Part shown: positions 37,181 through 46,009 of the stretch, piece after piece
Layout of the letters: the number at the start of each line of letters is the position of its first letter
How positions within the stretch are numbered: the first letter of the stretch is position 1
Source of the DNA: Patescibacteria group bacterium
Lineage (GTDB): Bacteria > Patescibacteriota > Minisyncoccia > UBA6257 > GWB1-50-10
NCBI GenBank assembly: GCA_023474215.1
Contig: JAMCYI010000006.1
Span: 1,452 to 65,451 of the forward strand
DNA length: 64,000 nucleotides
Reading direction: 5' to 3'
The notes under the pieces: model-generated
Databases searched by the model: none
The model's input: the letters and a program-made list of their open reading frames with translations, nothing else
Told to the model about the DNA's origin: nothing
Program-made: the position numbers and the translations under genes

Positions 37181-38632
37181 TCACTGACGCAAAAACTGAA
37201 GGAGAAGCGGAACCGGAGATCCGGTTGCGCCTTTTGATAGATAGTCGCCGTCGATGGATGTCATCCGCGGCGCCATGTCGATATGCACCCACGAGACTCC
37301 TTTGGCGAATTGCCACAGGAAGGCGGCGGCAGTGATCGCCCCGCCGTAACGGGTTTTTGCATCGTTCGCCACATCGCCGAACGTTCCCTTGATATCGTCT
37401 TCATATTCTTCCCAGAGCGGGAACGGCCATACATAATCGCCTGACAATTCTCCACTCTCGATGATCTGTTCTTGCGTTTTCTCGTCCGTCGCAAAAATCG
37501 CCGATGCACGCTGGCCGAGTGCAACCATCGCGGCGCCGGTCAAGGTTGCAATATCAACGACGAGTTCGGGATCATACCGCTTTGCATAATGGAGCGCGTC
37601 CGAAAGGATCACCCGGCCCTCCGCATCGGTATTCAAAACTTCGATGGTCTTCCCCGACATCGTTTTCAAAAGATCGCCCGGCCGATAGCTCGAACCGGAC
37701 GGCATGTTTTCCACGGACGGCACGAGGCCTACGATATTCTTTTTAAGCTTCAACCGCGCCGCCGCCGCGATCGTATGGATCACTGCCGCACCGCCCGACA
37801 TATCCATGTGCATCTCATAAATGCCGCTCGAAGGCTTCAGGTTCAATCCACCGCTGTCGAACGTCACGCCTTTTCCGATCAAAACGATCGGCTTCCCTTT
37901 CCCGCCTTTCAAATACTCCATGATGATGAATTTCGGTTTCTCGGACGAACCGCGCGCGACACCGAGAACGCCGCCCATCTTCAATCTCTTGATCTCGCTC
38001 TCCTGGAGCACTTTTACCTTGAAACCGGATCTCCTTCCTGCAGCGATCGCGGCTTGGGCTAAGACCGTCGGCGTCATATCGCCGCCCGGTGTGTTTGAGA
38101 GCTCCCTCGTTCCGTTCGTCTCTTCCCCGATGATCGTTCCTTCCTTCAACTGCTTCTCAATATCCGCTACGATCCGCCCCTTATCCGCGTATATCAGTAT
38201 CTCACGAACGAAGTTCCATCCGCCCTTCGGCTGCGTTTTGTATTTTACGAATTCGAAATTCGCCATCTCAAATTCCATGGCGGCAACCCGCGGTATGACG
38301 GCATCGAATTCCTTTTCACCCGTCCGGAAATCATCGATATTTATGACTATGCTCTTCAACCTATTCGCTTTGGCGATCGCAACAATCTTCCGCATAAGAA
38401 GCATCGATTTCCGGTGGTTGAATTTTTCCGGAACCTTGGCGAAGAGCATCTTTCTGCCCCCCGGCAGCGGGACAACGCGTTCCCCCTCTTTCAAGTTCTT
38501 TTCAATGTTCCTCACATACTCTTTTTCCTTAGCGCTCAACATGCCGAAAAACGGATGTTTTTCGACGTCTTGGCGTATCGCAAAAACCACATCGACGTTC
38601 TGCGGAATTTTTCCAGTTTGTTTGATAAGCAT
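37181..38632 (-). CDS. pepA: Leucyl aminopeptidase (M17)
   Basis: GKGVTFDSGG, MHMDMSG, NTDAEGR, ATLTGA. Confidence 0.95.
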   Translation of the reverse strand: MLIKQTGKIPQNVDVVFAIRQDVEKHPFFGMLSAKEKEYVRNIEKNLKEGERVVPLPGGRKMLFAKVPEKFNHRKSMLLMRKIVAIAKANRLKSIVINIDDFRTGEKEFDAVIPRVAAMEFEMANFEFVKYKTQPKGGWNFVREILIYADKGRIVADIEKQLKEGTIIGEETNGTRELSNTPGGDMTPTVLAQAAIAAGRRSGFKVKVLQESEIKRLKMGGVLGVARGSSEKPKFIIMEYLKGGKGKPIVLIGKGVTFDSGGLNLKPSSGIYEMHMDMSGGAAVIHTIAAAARLKLKKNIVGLVPSVENMPSGSSYRPGDLLKTMSGKTIEVLNTDAEGRVILSDALHYAKRYDPELVVDIATLTGAAMVALGQRASAIFATDEKTQEQIIESGELSGDYVWPFPLWEEYEDDIKGTFGDVANDAKTRYGGAITAAAFLWQFAKGVSWVHIDMAPRMTSIDGDYLSKGATGSPVPLLLQFLRQ

Positions 38633-38697
38633 ACATCAATTCTATCACTCTTTTTGATTAGAGTAATTAGATTAATTAGAAATTAGAATAATTTTTA

Positions 38698-40473
38698 CTA
38701 AGATACTTCCTTCTGGTAGCATTCCTCGCAGTATACGATCTCGGGGCGGTCGGGGGCGTAGGTCGATTCGAACTCGTTCGGACAATGGCCGTCGCCATGC
38801 GCGTGGGACACGGTATTTTGATACACGCCGTTCTCAGATCTCGTTCCGGCGCATTGGCACTTCCGATGCCAAAGATCCAACGGATTCCTCTTCCGCAGCC
38901 GGTCGAAATGCCGGCAGTTGGGGCAGAGGCGCGGCAAGGCGACGCCCATTTTTTGATAGAGCGACAGCTCTTCGGCCGTCATACGGAAAGCCGTCGTGCA
39001 CTGCTCCGTGCACTTGCCGGCATGAGCGCACTCAATGATATTTTTCAGGATGTTTTCATCCGCCGCTTTTATGTCGTCCGGGATATCGGCGTTCTTCATC
39101 GTTACCTGATAGTTCCTCCCTTCGGGGTCCTTCCATGCGTATCCTTTCGCGAGCGCTTCTTCTTTCGCGAGCGGGAAATATTCGATCGCAACCGTTTCGT
39201 TGTACGCGAAGGGCGAGAGGTCCGGCGGGAAGAACTCGCCATAGCCGTATGTTCTCCCCTTCTGGTCCACATACGGCATATCCTTCATATGCTGAATAAG
39301 CTTCGGAACCAGAGCTTCGTACTCTTCCTTGGCATATTGCTTGTTCAAAATGCAGTAGTGTTTATCCTTCATACCGACGCATCCGAAGAGATTCGAAGAA
39401 CGTTCGCAATTAATGGAATGGTAAATATCATTTCCATTAATGACGATCCATGATCCCACAATGCGGCTTCCGGGATAAATGCTCATCGAATTGTAGACCA
39501 GCTCGCTCTTCAGACCCATGTGGCTCGACGAATGGCTGTCCTTCGCGCCCGCCGCAACGAGGAACATGTCGCGGCAATCCTCCGTGCCGTCGAAGACCTC
39601 GAACGACCGGTGCACGTTCTTCGAATTGAAGATGTTGTCGCCGGTGCAATTGAGCGAATTGATGATGCGGTACGGCCGCACGATGTTTTTCAGGCGCTCT
39701 TTCGCGAACCGCTCTTTCGTTTCCGTAAGCGTCCGGTAGCTTCCGAGATTCATTTCGCCGACGAGCTTCTTGTATTCTTCCGGCGTCTTCCGCTCGCCGA
39801 AATAGTAATATTTCTGATTCCGCAGGTTCACCGATCCGAAGCAATCCGTGCAGCCGTTCAAATCGAATCCGAATTTCACGTCGACACAGTTGTTGAGGAA
39901 TCCGCCGAACGCCGATCGGGAACAATTCTCCGAATCGGTCAGCTCGTAGGAGAGCTCGGCCCGCGTCACCCAGTAGAGCTCCATCGCATTCTTGCAGTGG
40001 AAATTGAACGTCGCATGGAGGCAATCCTCGTTGAAATCGCCGCCGAAAACCATATAGCAATTCTTGTTGCTCTCGGTGAAATTGCAATATTCACTGTTGA
40101 CGCCGTTCCAGTTGTTGAGCGAAGCGAATGGCACGTCGTGCATTAGTTCCTTGATCTGCTGGAACAAGGGCCGCGAAAAATCAACGTCGCGTCCGTATTC
40201 GGTCGGGTCCCACGAATCGCCGTGCCAGACGCTCTGTTCGTATACCTTGAAATCCTTTTCCGGAGAATAAATGGAAAGGATGTCCTTGCCGGTCTTGGAA
40301 TCCTTCCGCCGGTAGAGGTTCCGCTCGTTGCGGAACGCCAAGCGCTGCTGAAGCCGGCAGTCGGGACAAAGCGTCTCTGCCGGCACCTTCATCATCTCGA
40401 AAAAGCTGAAATCGTCCGCTTCGAGCGTGAAATCTTGCTTGCAGTTTTGGCATTGCCGAATTTCCGAAGTCAT
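38698..40473 (-). CDS. Cys-rich Zn-ribbon/repeat protein, array copy 1
   Basis: CxxC..CPDCR..RNER, WD..YG.D.DFSRP, CILNKQY.KEEY, YGEFFP..SPFAYNET, VYCEECY. Confidence 0.9.
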   Translation of the reverse strand: MTSEIRQCQNCKQDFTLEADDFSFFEMMKVPAETLCPDCRLQQRLAFRNERNLYRRKDSKTGKDILSIYSPEKDFKVYEQSVWHGDSWDPTEYGRDVDFSRPLFQQIKELMHDVPFASLNNWNGVNSEYCNFTESNKNCYMVFGGDFNEDCLHATFNFHCKNAMELYWVTRAELSYELTDSENCSRSAFGGFLNNCVDVKFGFDLNGCTDCFGSVNLRNQKYYYFGERKTPEEYKKLVGEMNLGSYRTLTETKERFAKERLKNIVRPYRIINSLNCTGDNIFNSKNVHRSFEVFDGTEDCRDMFLVAAGAKDSHSSSHMGLKSELVYNSMSIYPGSRIVGSWIVINGNDIYHSINCERSSNLFGCVGMKDKHYCILNKQYAKEEYEALVPKLIQHMKDMPYVDQKGRTYGYGEFFPPDLSPFAYNETVAIEYFPLAKEEALAKGYAWKDPEGRNYQVTMKNADIPDDIKAADENILKNIIECAHAGKCTEQCTTAFRMTAEELSLYQKMGVALPRLCPNCRHFDRLRKRNPLDLWHRKCQCAGTRSENGVYQNTVSHAHGDGHCPNEFESTYAPDRPEIVYCEECYQKEVS

Positions 40474-40512
40474 ACGTTTATTTTACACTAAATCACCACT
40501 CCGGCCTAAAAG

Positions 40513-40593
40513 GAGCGAGCCAGATGCCTCCGCGAAGGCTAAGACTTGGGCGTCGCCCCGGAGACAGCCTGAGCGGAGGTATCCGGCGAGCGA
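40513..40593 (-). repeat. Structured element family D, copy 3 (inverted)
   Basis: Core 40533-40573 closed by ccggatacctccg/cggaggcatctgg, flanked by tcgctcg and ctcgctc. Confidence 0.85.
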
Positions 40594-40598
40594 CAAAG

Positions 40599-42341
40599 TT
40601 ACACTACCTCCGCGTTATAGCACTCTTCGCAGTAGACCGTTTCTGGCCGGTCGGGAGCGAACGCCGTCTCAAATTCGTTCGGACACTTTCCCGAATGGCC
40701 GTGATTGGACTTATCGCACATGCAAGAGCGACGCCAGAGCTTGAGGGGCGTTCCCTGCTTCAGGCGCTCGTAGTGCCGGCAGTTCGGACAGAGATGCGGA
40801 AGCGGCAAATCCATCCTCCTCAAGAACTGCAACTCCGGAGCGATGATCCTGAACGCGCCCGTGCATTGCTCGCCGCATTTTCCTCCGTGAGGGCATTCAA
40901 TGATCTGATCCAGAATATCGTCTTCTACACCCTTAATATCGTCAGGCAATTCGCTCGCTTTCATTGAAACCGCATAATCTTTCGCCGCCGCGTTTTCCCA
41001 CTGATATTTCTCTTCCGCCGCTCCTTCCGCCGTCAGCGGGAAATACTCCTCAGCGATCGTCTCGTTGTACGCGAAGGGCGAGATCTCGATCGGGAAGAAC
41101 TCTCCGTATTTATATATTCTCCCCTTCTCGTCTGCATACGGCATCTCGTCCATGTGTTTTTTGATCTTCGGGATCAGGGCCTCGTATTCCTCCTTGGAGT
41201 ACTGCTTGTTCAGGATGCAAAAATCCTTTTTCCGCACGCCGACGCACCCGAAAAGATTGGACCCTCCCCGGCAGTAATCCGAATACTCCACGTTCACGAT
41301 ATTCTCGTAGGTATTCGAGGAGAAGAAATTGCGGGAATCGTGATAAGCGACATTGACCCCCTCGTAACTCAGTTCCCCGCCGTCCCCCGCGCCGTGGAGG
41401 TCCATGCAGTCCTTGATCTTGAGTGCCTGCGTGCAATACCGCAGGTTTTCGCATTCATCGATGTTGAACGATTTGAAAATGTTTTTGGAATTGATGATAT
41501 GGTTGCCGCTCACGTTCACAACCTTATTCGTGAACGCAAACCTCTGGATGGAATTCTTCTTCAGTTCGGCATACTCGCCCTTGAGCGACTCGATGGTTTT
41601 CGCACTCCCCAATCCTATCCTTTTCAGCCTTTCTTCGTAATCCTCTTTGGTAAGCTGTTCGCCCCGGAATACATATGATTTGTTTCTCAAATTGGACCCC
41701 ATGAAACAGCTCTTGCAGCCCGCGCAGTTGTACAGAAAATAAGAATCCATGCAGTCGCGGCAATTCTGGAGGTAGGCGGAATGGACCGCATGGTTGGTAT
41801 CCATAGATTCATAGCAAAATTCCGAATCGGTAACGACATTCGAGTCAAAGACGTCGCGATCGTGGAATGCTTTATGGCTGTAAGCGATATTTTCGGAATA
41901 AAAAGTCGAAGGCGCCATATAGACATCTTTCGAAAGCCACGTGAAATTGGAGTAGGGCGCATTCTGATTTTGAAGGCTTTCCAAGGCCAGACGGGGAACC
42001 TCCGCTAAAAGCTCCCGGAATTGCTCGAAGAACGGCTTCGAGAAATCGTAGTCGCGGCCGTACGACATGACGTCCCATTTATCGGAAAACCAGCAGTCGT
42101 AGCAGTGAACTTTAAACGGCCGGTCTCCGGAGTACATCGAGATGATGGATTTGCCGCAAAGATCGCACGTATCCTTGTACAAACTGCGTTCGTTCCGGAA
42201 CGCCATTCGCCGCTGCCGCCGGCATTCCGGGCACCAGGTTGGCGGAGGAACTTCGATCTTCTCGTAGAATGCGAAATCCTCCGGCTCAACCGTGAACTCT
42301 TTTTTGCAATTCTGGCAGGTTCTGGTTTCGGCTTTGGTCAT
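40599..42341 (-). CDS. Cys-rich Zn-ribbon/repeat protein, array copy 2
   Basis: Same motif set; 580 aa. Confidence 0.9.
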   Translation of the reverse strand: MTKAETRTCQNCKKEFTVEPEDFAFYEKIEVPPPTWCPECRRQRRMAFRNERSLYKDTCDLCGKSIISMYSGDRPFKVHCYDCWFSDKWDVMSYGRDYDFSKPFFEQFRELLAEVPRLALESLQNQNAPYSNFTWLSKDVYMAPSTFYSENIAYSHKAFHDRDVFDSNVVTDSEFCYESMDTNHAVHSAYLQNCRDCMDSYFLYNCAGCKSCFMGSNLRNKSYVFRGEQLTKEDYEERLKRIGLGSAKTIESLKGEYAELKKNSIQRFAFTNKVVNVSGNHIINSKNIFKSFNIDECENLRYCTQALKIKDCMDLHGAGDGGELSYEGVNVAYHDSRNFFSSNTYENIVNVEYSDYCRGGSNLFGCVGVRKKDFCILNKQYSKEEYEALIPKIKKHMDEMPYADEKGRIYKYGEFFPIEISPFAYNETIAEEYFPLTAEGAAEEKYQWENAAAKDYAVSMKASELPDDIKGVEDDILDQIIECPHGGKCGEQCTGAFRIIAPELQFLRRMDLPLPHLCPNCRHYERLKQGTPLKLWRRSCMCDKSNHGHSGKCPNEFETAFAPDRPETVYCEECYNAEVV

Positions 42342-42390
42342 TTGATCATTCGTATATTGAAAATTAAAAATTGTAAATTGAAAATTTTAA

Positions 42391-44133
42391 CTACACGACT
42401 TCGGCGTTGAAGCATTGTTCGCAATAGATGACCTCCTTCCTCTCGGGCGCGTAGCTCGTCTCGAACTCGTTCGGGCACGGTTTGCCTCCGTGGAAATGAG
42501 TTTTCAAATCACACATGCACGTACGGTGCCACAATTTCATGGGATTCCGCTGTTTCAAGCGTTCGTAGTGCCGGCAGTTCGGGCATAACCGAGGCAGGGA
42601 CAGATTCATCCGCTTATAGAATTGAAGTTCCTGGGGAGCAATCTTAAAGGCGCCGACACACTGATGGAGACATTTCCCCTCGTGCGCACACCCGATAACC
42701 TCGTTCACGATGGAGTCGGTGACGTCTTTGATATTGTCCGGAAGATCCCGAGAAAGAATGGTTGTTTTGTATTCCTTTATGTCTAGATCTTTCCACCGAT
42801 ATCCTCGGCTTATCGCTTCTTCCTTCATAAGGGGGAAATATTCCTGCGCGATGGTTTCGTTATAGGCGAAAGGAGAAATTTCCGGCGGAAAGAATTCACC
42901 GTAGCGGTATACTCTCCCCTTCTTGTCGATGTAAGGAACATCATTCATCTGTTTTATGATTTCCGGGATCAACTCCTCGTATTCTTCCTTCGCGTACTGC
43001 TTATTCAGGATGCAGTATTGCTTGCTTCGGAGACCGATACAGCCGAAACAATCATTACATCCGTGGCAGTTGTAACTGTAGAGAATATTCTTTCCGCCCC
43101 AAACGACAATGTCATTCACCAAACGATGAGCCTTCAGCCCAGAATCGATGATCTCGTAGCCCAATTCGAGGTCGCCCGGGCCATAACTGTCATAAATGTC
43201 ACTCATGACGACGCCGCCGTTCATGGTATATTTGCAATCTTTTGCGTTATCGAAAAGGTCGAAGCAAGACTTGCAGTTTTTTACGTTCGTCAAATTGTCG
43301 CCCGTCGAATCCGGCGCGTTTACCAAAAAAGCGAATTTGCGGATCGCTTTCAACTTAAGGGCATCAAAATCGCGCTTGAGCCGTTCGAGTTCTTGGTAAC
43401 TCCCCAGATTGAATTTTTTCAGTTCCCTTGCGTACCCCTCCGAAGAGTACTGCTTATTGAACATGCAATAACTCTTATTCCTCAAATTCGAACACCCGAA
43501 GCAGTTCGAGCATCCTTTGCAGTTATAGAGAAAATACGAATTGTTGCATGAATCGCAATTATCGGAAAAAAAAGTGCGGTACAATTTCATACCCGTGATG
43601 GTCTCGTAGCAAAGTTCGAGATAGGAGGACGACAAAACATCAAGGGAGTCCTTCGACATCCACGCTTTATTCGCATACATCACCCGCTCGTTCATCCACG
43701 AGCCGAACACCAGGTAGCAATCCTTGGAACGCCCGCTATGATTGGTGTATTCGCAGTTCTCGGACTGGGCATTGAAGATCGCCGGCATTGGCGCGCGTTC
43801 GAGAAGCAACCGGAATTGATCAAAGAACGTCTCCTTGAAATCATAGGGGCGGCCGGAACCAAGCGGGTCCCACTGATCGCTCCACCAAACATCACGATCA
43901 TACACCGTCACCTTGGCATCCGGCGAAAAGATAGAAATGACCCGTTTCCCCGTCAGGTCACAATTCCTCTGATAGAGCGAACGTTCATTCCGCCACGTCA
44001 TCTTGCGCATCAGGCGGCAATCCGGGCAGAAGGTCGGCGGCGGAACCTTGATCTTTTCATAGAAAGAAAGGTCCTCGGCTTCGATCGTGAACTCCCGGTG
44101 GCAATTCTGGCACGTCTTTTTCCTCGATTCCAT
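42391..44133 (-). CDS. Cys-rich Zn-ribbon/repeat protein, array copy 3
   Basis: Same motif set; 580 aa. Confidence 0.9.
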   Translation of the reverse strand: MESRKKTCQNCHREFTIEAEDLSFYEKIKVPPPTFCPDCRLMRKMTWRNERSLYQRNCDLTGKRVISIFSPDAKVTVYDRDVWWSDQWDPLGSGRPYDFKETFFDQFRLLLERAPMPAIFNAQSENCEYTNHSGRSKDCYLVFGSWMNERVMYANKAWMSKDSLDVLSSSYLELCYETITGMKLYRTFFSDNCDSCNNSYFLYNCKGCSNCFGCSNLRNKSYCMFNKQYSSEGYARELKKFNLGSYQELERLKRDFDALKLKAIRKFAFLVNAPDSTGDNLTNVKNCKSCFDLFDNAKDCKYTMNGGVVMSDIYDSYGPGDLELGYEIIDSGLKAHRLVNDIVVWGGKNILYSYNCHGCNDCFGCIGLRSKQYCILNKQYAKEEYEELIPEIIKQMNDVPYIDKKGRVYRYGEFFPPEISPFAYNETIAQEYFPLMKEEAISRGYRWKDLDIKEYKTTILSRDLPDNIKDVTDSIVNEVIGCAHEGKCLHQCVGAFKIAPQELQFYKRMNLSLPRLCPNCRHYERLKQRNPMKLWHRTCMCDLKTHFHGGKPCPNEFETSYAPERKEVIYCEQCFNAEVV

Positions 44134-44182
44134 ATTTTGTCTTAGGGTAATTAGGTTAATCAGAAATTAGAATAATTCGCCT

Positions 44183-45985
44183 TTATACTTTCTCCTTCTG
44201 GTAGCATTCGGCGCAATAAACAATATCGGGCCTCTCCGGTGCGAAGCTCGTCTCGAACTCATTCGAACAATGCCCATCGCCGTGTGCATGCTTCGAGAGA
44301 TTTGTATAGACGTAACTTGTTTCCTGCCCTGAGCCTGTCGAAGGGTCGCTTGCTGCTCCCCCACACTGGCATTTCCGATGCCACAGCTTGAACGGATTCC
44401 TTAATGCCAGGCGCTCGTAGTGCCGGCAGTTCGGACAGAGGCGCGGGAGGGGCAGGTTGAATTTGCGGTAGAAATCCAATTCTCCGGGAATGATTTTGAA
44501 GGCCTCGGTGCACTGATGGGTGCACTCACCCTTATGCGCACAGCCGATCACTTCTTTCAGAATATCGTCCGACACATCTTTGATGTGGTCGGGAAGATCT
44601 TCCGCTTCCACCGTGACGGCGTATTCCTTTTTTCCGAGATTCTTCCATACATACTTCTTCGAGAGTGCCTCTTCCTTTTTTAACGGGAAATATTCCTGCG
44701 CGAGGGTCTCGTTGTACGCGAAGGGTGATATTTCATGCGGGAAAAATTCGCCGTACGCGTATTTCCTTCCGGCTGCGTCCACGTACAGCGTTGCGTTCAT
44801 CTGTGCGATAATCTTCGGGACCAATGCTTCATATTCATTCTTGGAGTACTGTTTGTTCAAAATGCAGTATTCTCTGCTTCGCAAACCAACGCAGCCGAAG
44901 AGATGCGAGGAGGTGTGACAGCAATAGACGTATTGGACGTCATGGCAGCCGTGCGTATAAACGGTGAATTTGTAGTTCGACCCATTGATGCCTGAGTCGA
45001 CGCCTTCATACAGCAGTTCGCCGTTCGCCCCGAATCCGTACCCGTCGTATGAATCCTTGAGATCGATGGCGTGGATGGCGTATTTGGAATCCTCCGTTCC
45101 GCCGTAGCCGTCAAAACACTCTTTGCAGTTCTTGGCATCGCCGACATGGTCCCCCGTCGTACCAGCGCATCGGAGGAACGCCGCAAATTCCCGCGGAAAT
45201 TTGCGGTGGAATTCCTCGAACTCTTTCTTGAACGCTTCGAGATTCTGATAGCTTCCGAAATCGTATTTGGCCCGTTCTTTTTGGTATTCTTCTTTTGAGT
45301 ATTGCTCGTTGAAGATGCAGTATTGCTTGTTCCTCAAGTTGACGCATCCGAGCGAATTGTTCGTGTTGGTGCAATGCCGGAGGAACATCGAATCCATACT
45401 TTGTCCCGCATCGTACGAGAAAAACACCCGATTCAAGTTGTCAGAGAGCGTATCCTCATAGCAAAGCTCGGCCTTCAAATCATTGTAGAGATCCATCGAG
45501 TCCTTCCCTTCCACGATGCCACTCGAGAACGAAACGTTATCGCACTCATAGGAGGCATAGAGAAGATAGCAATCCTTCGAATCGGCATTGTGGTTCCCGT
45601 AATCGCTCCGTGTGACGTTGGTATTCGCGAGATTGGGAAGCGGCGCTTGGTGCAGGAGTTCTCTATACTGCTCAAAAAACGGACGCGAGAAATCATAGTC
45701 GCGGCCCGACTGGAGATTATCCCATTTGTCGCTCCACCAATAATCCCGATCGTAGACGACCATGTTGCTCTCAGGTGAGAACATCGTGAGAAATTCCTTT
45801 CCCGTCGCTGCACACTTCCCCTTGTAGAGCGTCCGCTCATTTCGCCACGTGAACCTCCTTTGCATCCGGCAATCCGGACAAAACGTGGGTGGTGGTACTT
45901 GAATCCTTTCATAGAAACTGAAATCCTCGGGTTCGATAACGAACTCTTTCTTGCAGTTTTGGCAGGTTTTCGATTCGGCAGCCAT
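44183..45985 (-). CDS. Cys-rich Zn-ribbon/repeat protein, array copy 4
   Basis: Same motif set; 600 aa with a DPSTGSGQ insert near the C-terminus. Confidence 0.9.
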   Translation of the reverse strand: MAAESKTCQNCKKEFVIEPEDFSFYERIQVPPPTFCPDCRMQRRFTWRNERTLYKGKCAATGKEFLTMFSPESNMVVYDRDYWWSDKWDNLQSGRDYDFSRPFFEQYRELLHQAPLPNLANTNVTRSDYGNHNADSKDCYLLYASYECDNVSFSSGIVEGKDSMDLYNDLKAELCYEDTLSDNLNRVFFSYDAGQSMDSMFLRHCTNTNNSLGCVNLRNKQYCIFNEQYSKEEYQKERAKYDFGSYQNLEAFKKEFEEFHRKFPREFAAFLRCAGTTGDHVGDAKNCKECFDGYGGTEDSKYAIHAIDLKDSYDGYGFGANGELLYEGVDSGINGSNYKFTVYTHGCHDVQYVYCCHTSSHLFGCVGLRSREYCILNKQYSKNEYEALVPKIIAQMNATLYVDAAGRKYAYGEFFPHEISPFAYNETLAQEYFPLKKEEALSKKYVWKNLGKKEYAVTVEAEDLPDHIKDVSDDILKEVIGCAHKGECTHQCTEAFKIIPGELDFYRKFNLPLPRLCPNCRHYERLALRNPFKLWHRKCQCGGAASDPSTGSGQETSYVYTNLSKHAHGDGHCSNEFETSFAPERPDIVYCAECYQKEKV

Positions 45986-46009
45986 ACTAAATACTATATA
46001 CCAAATACC

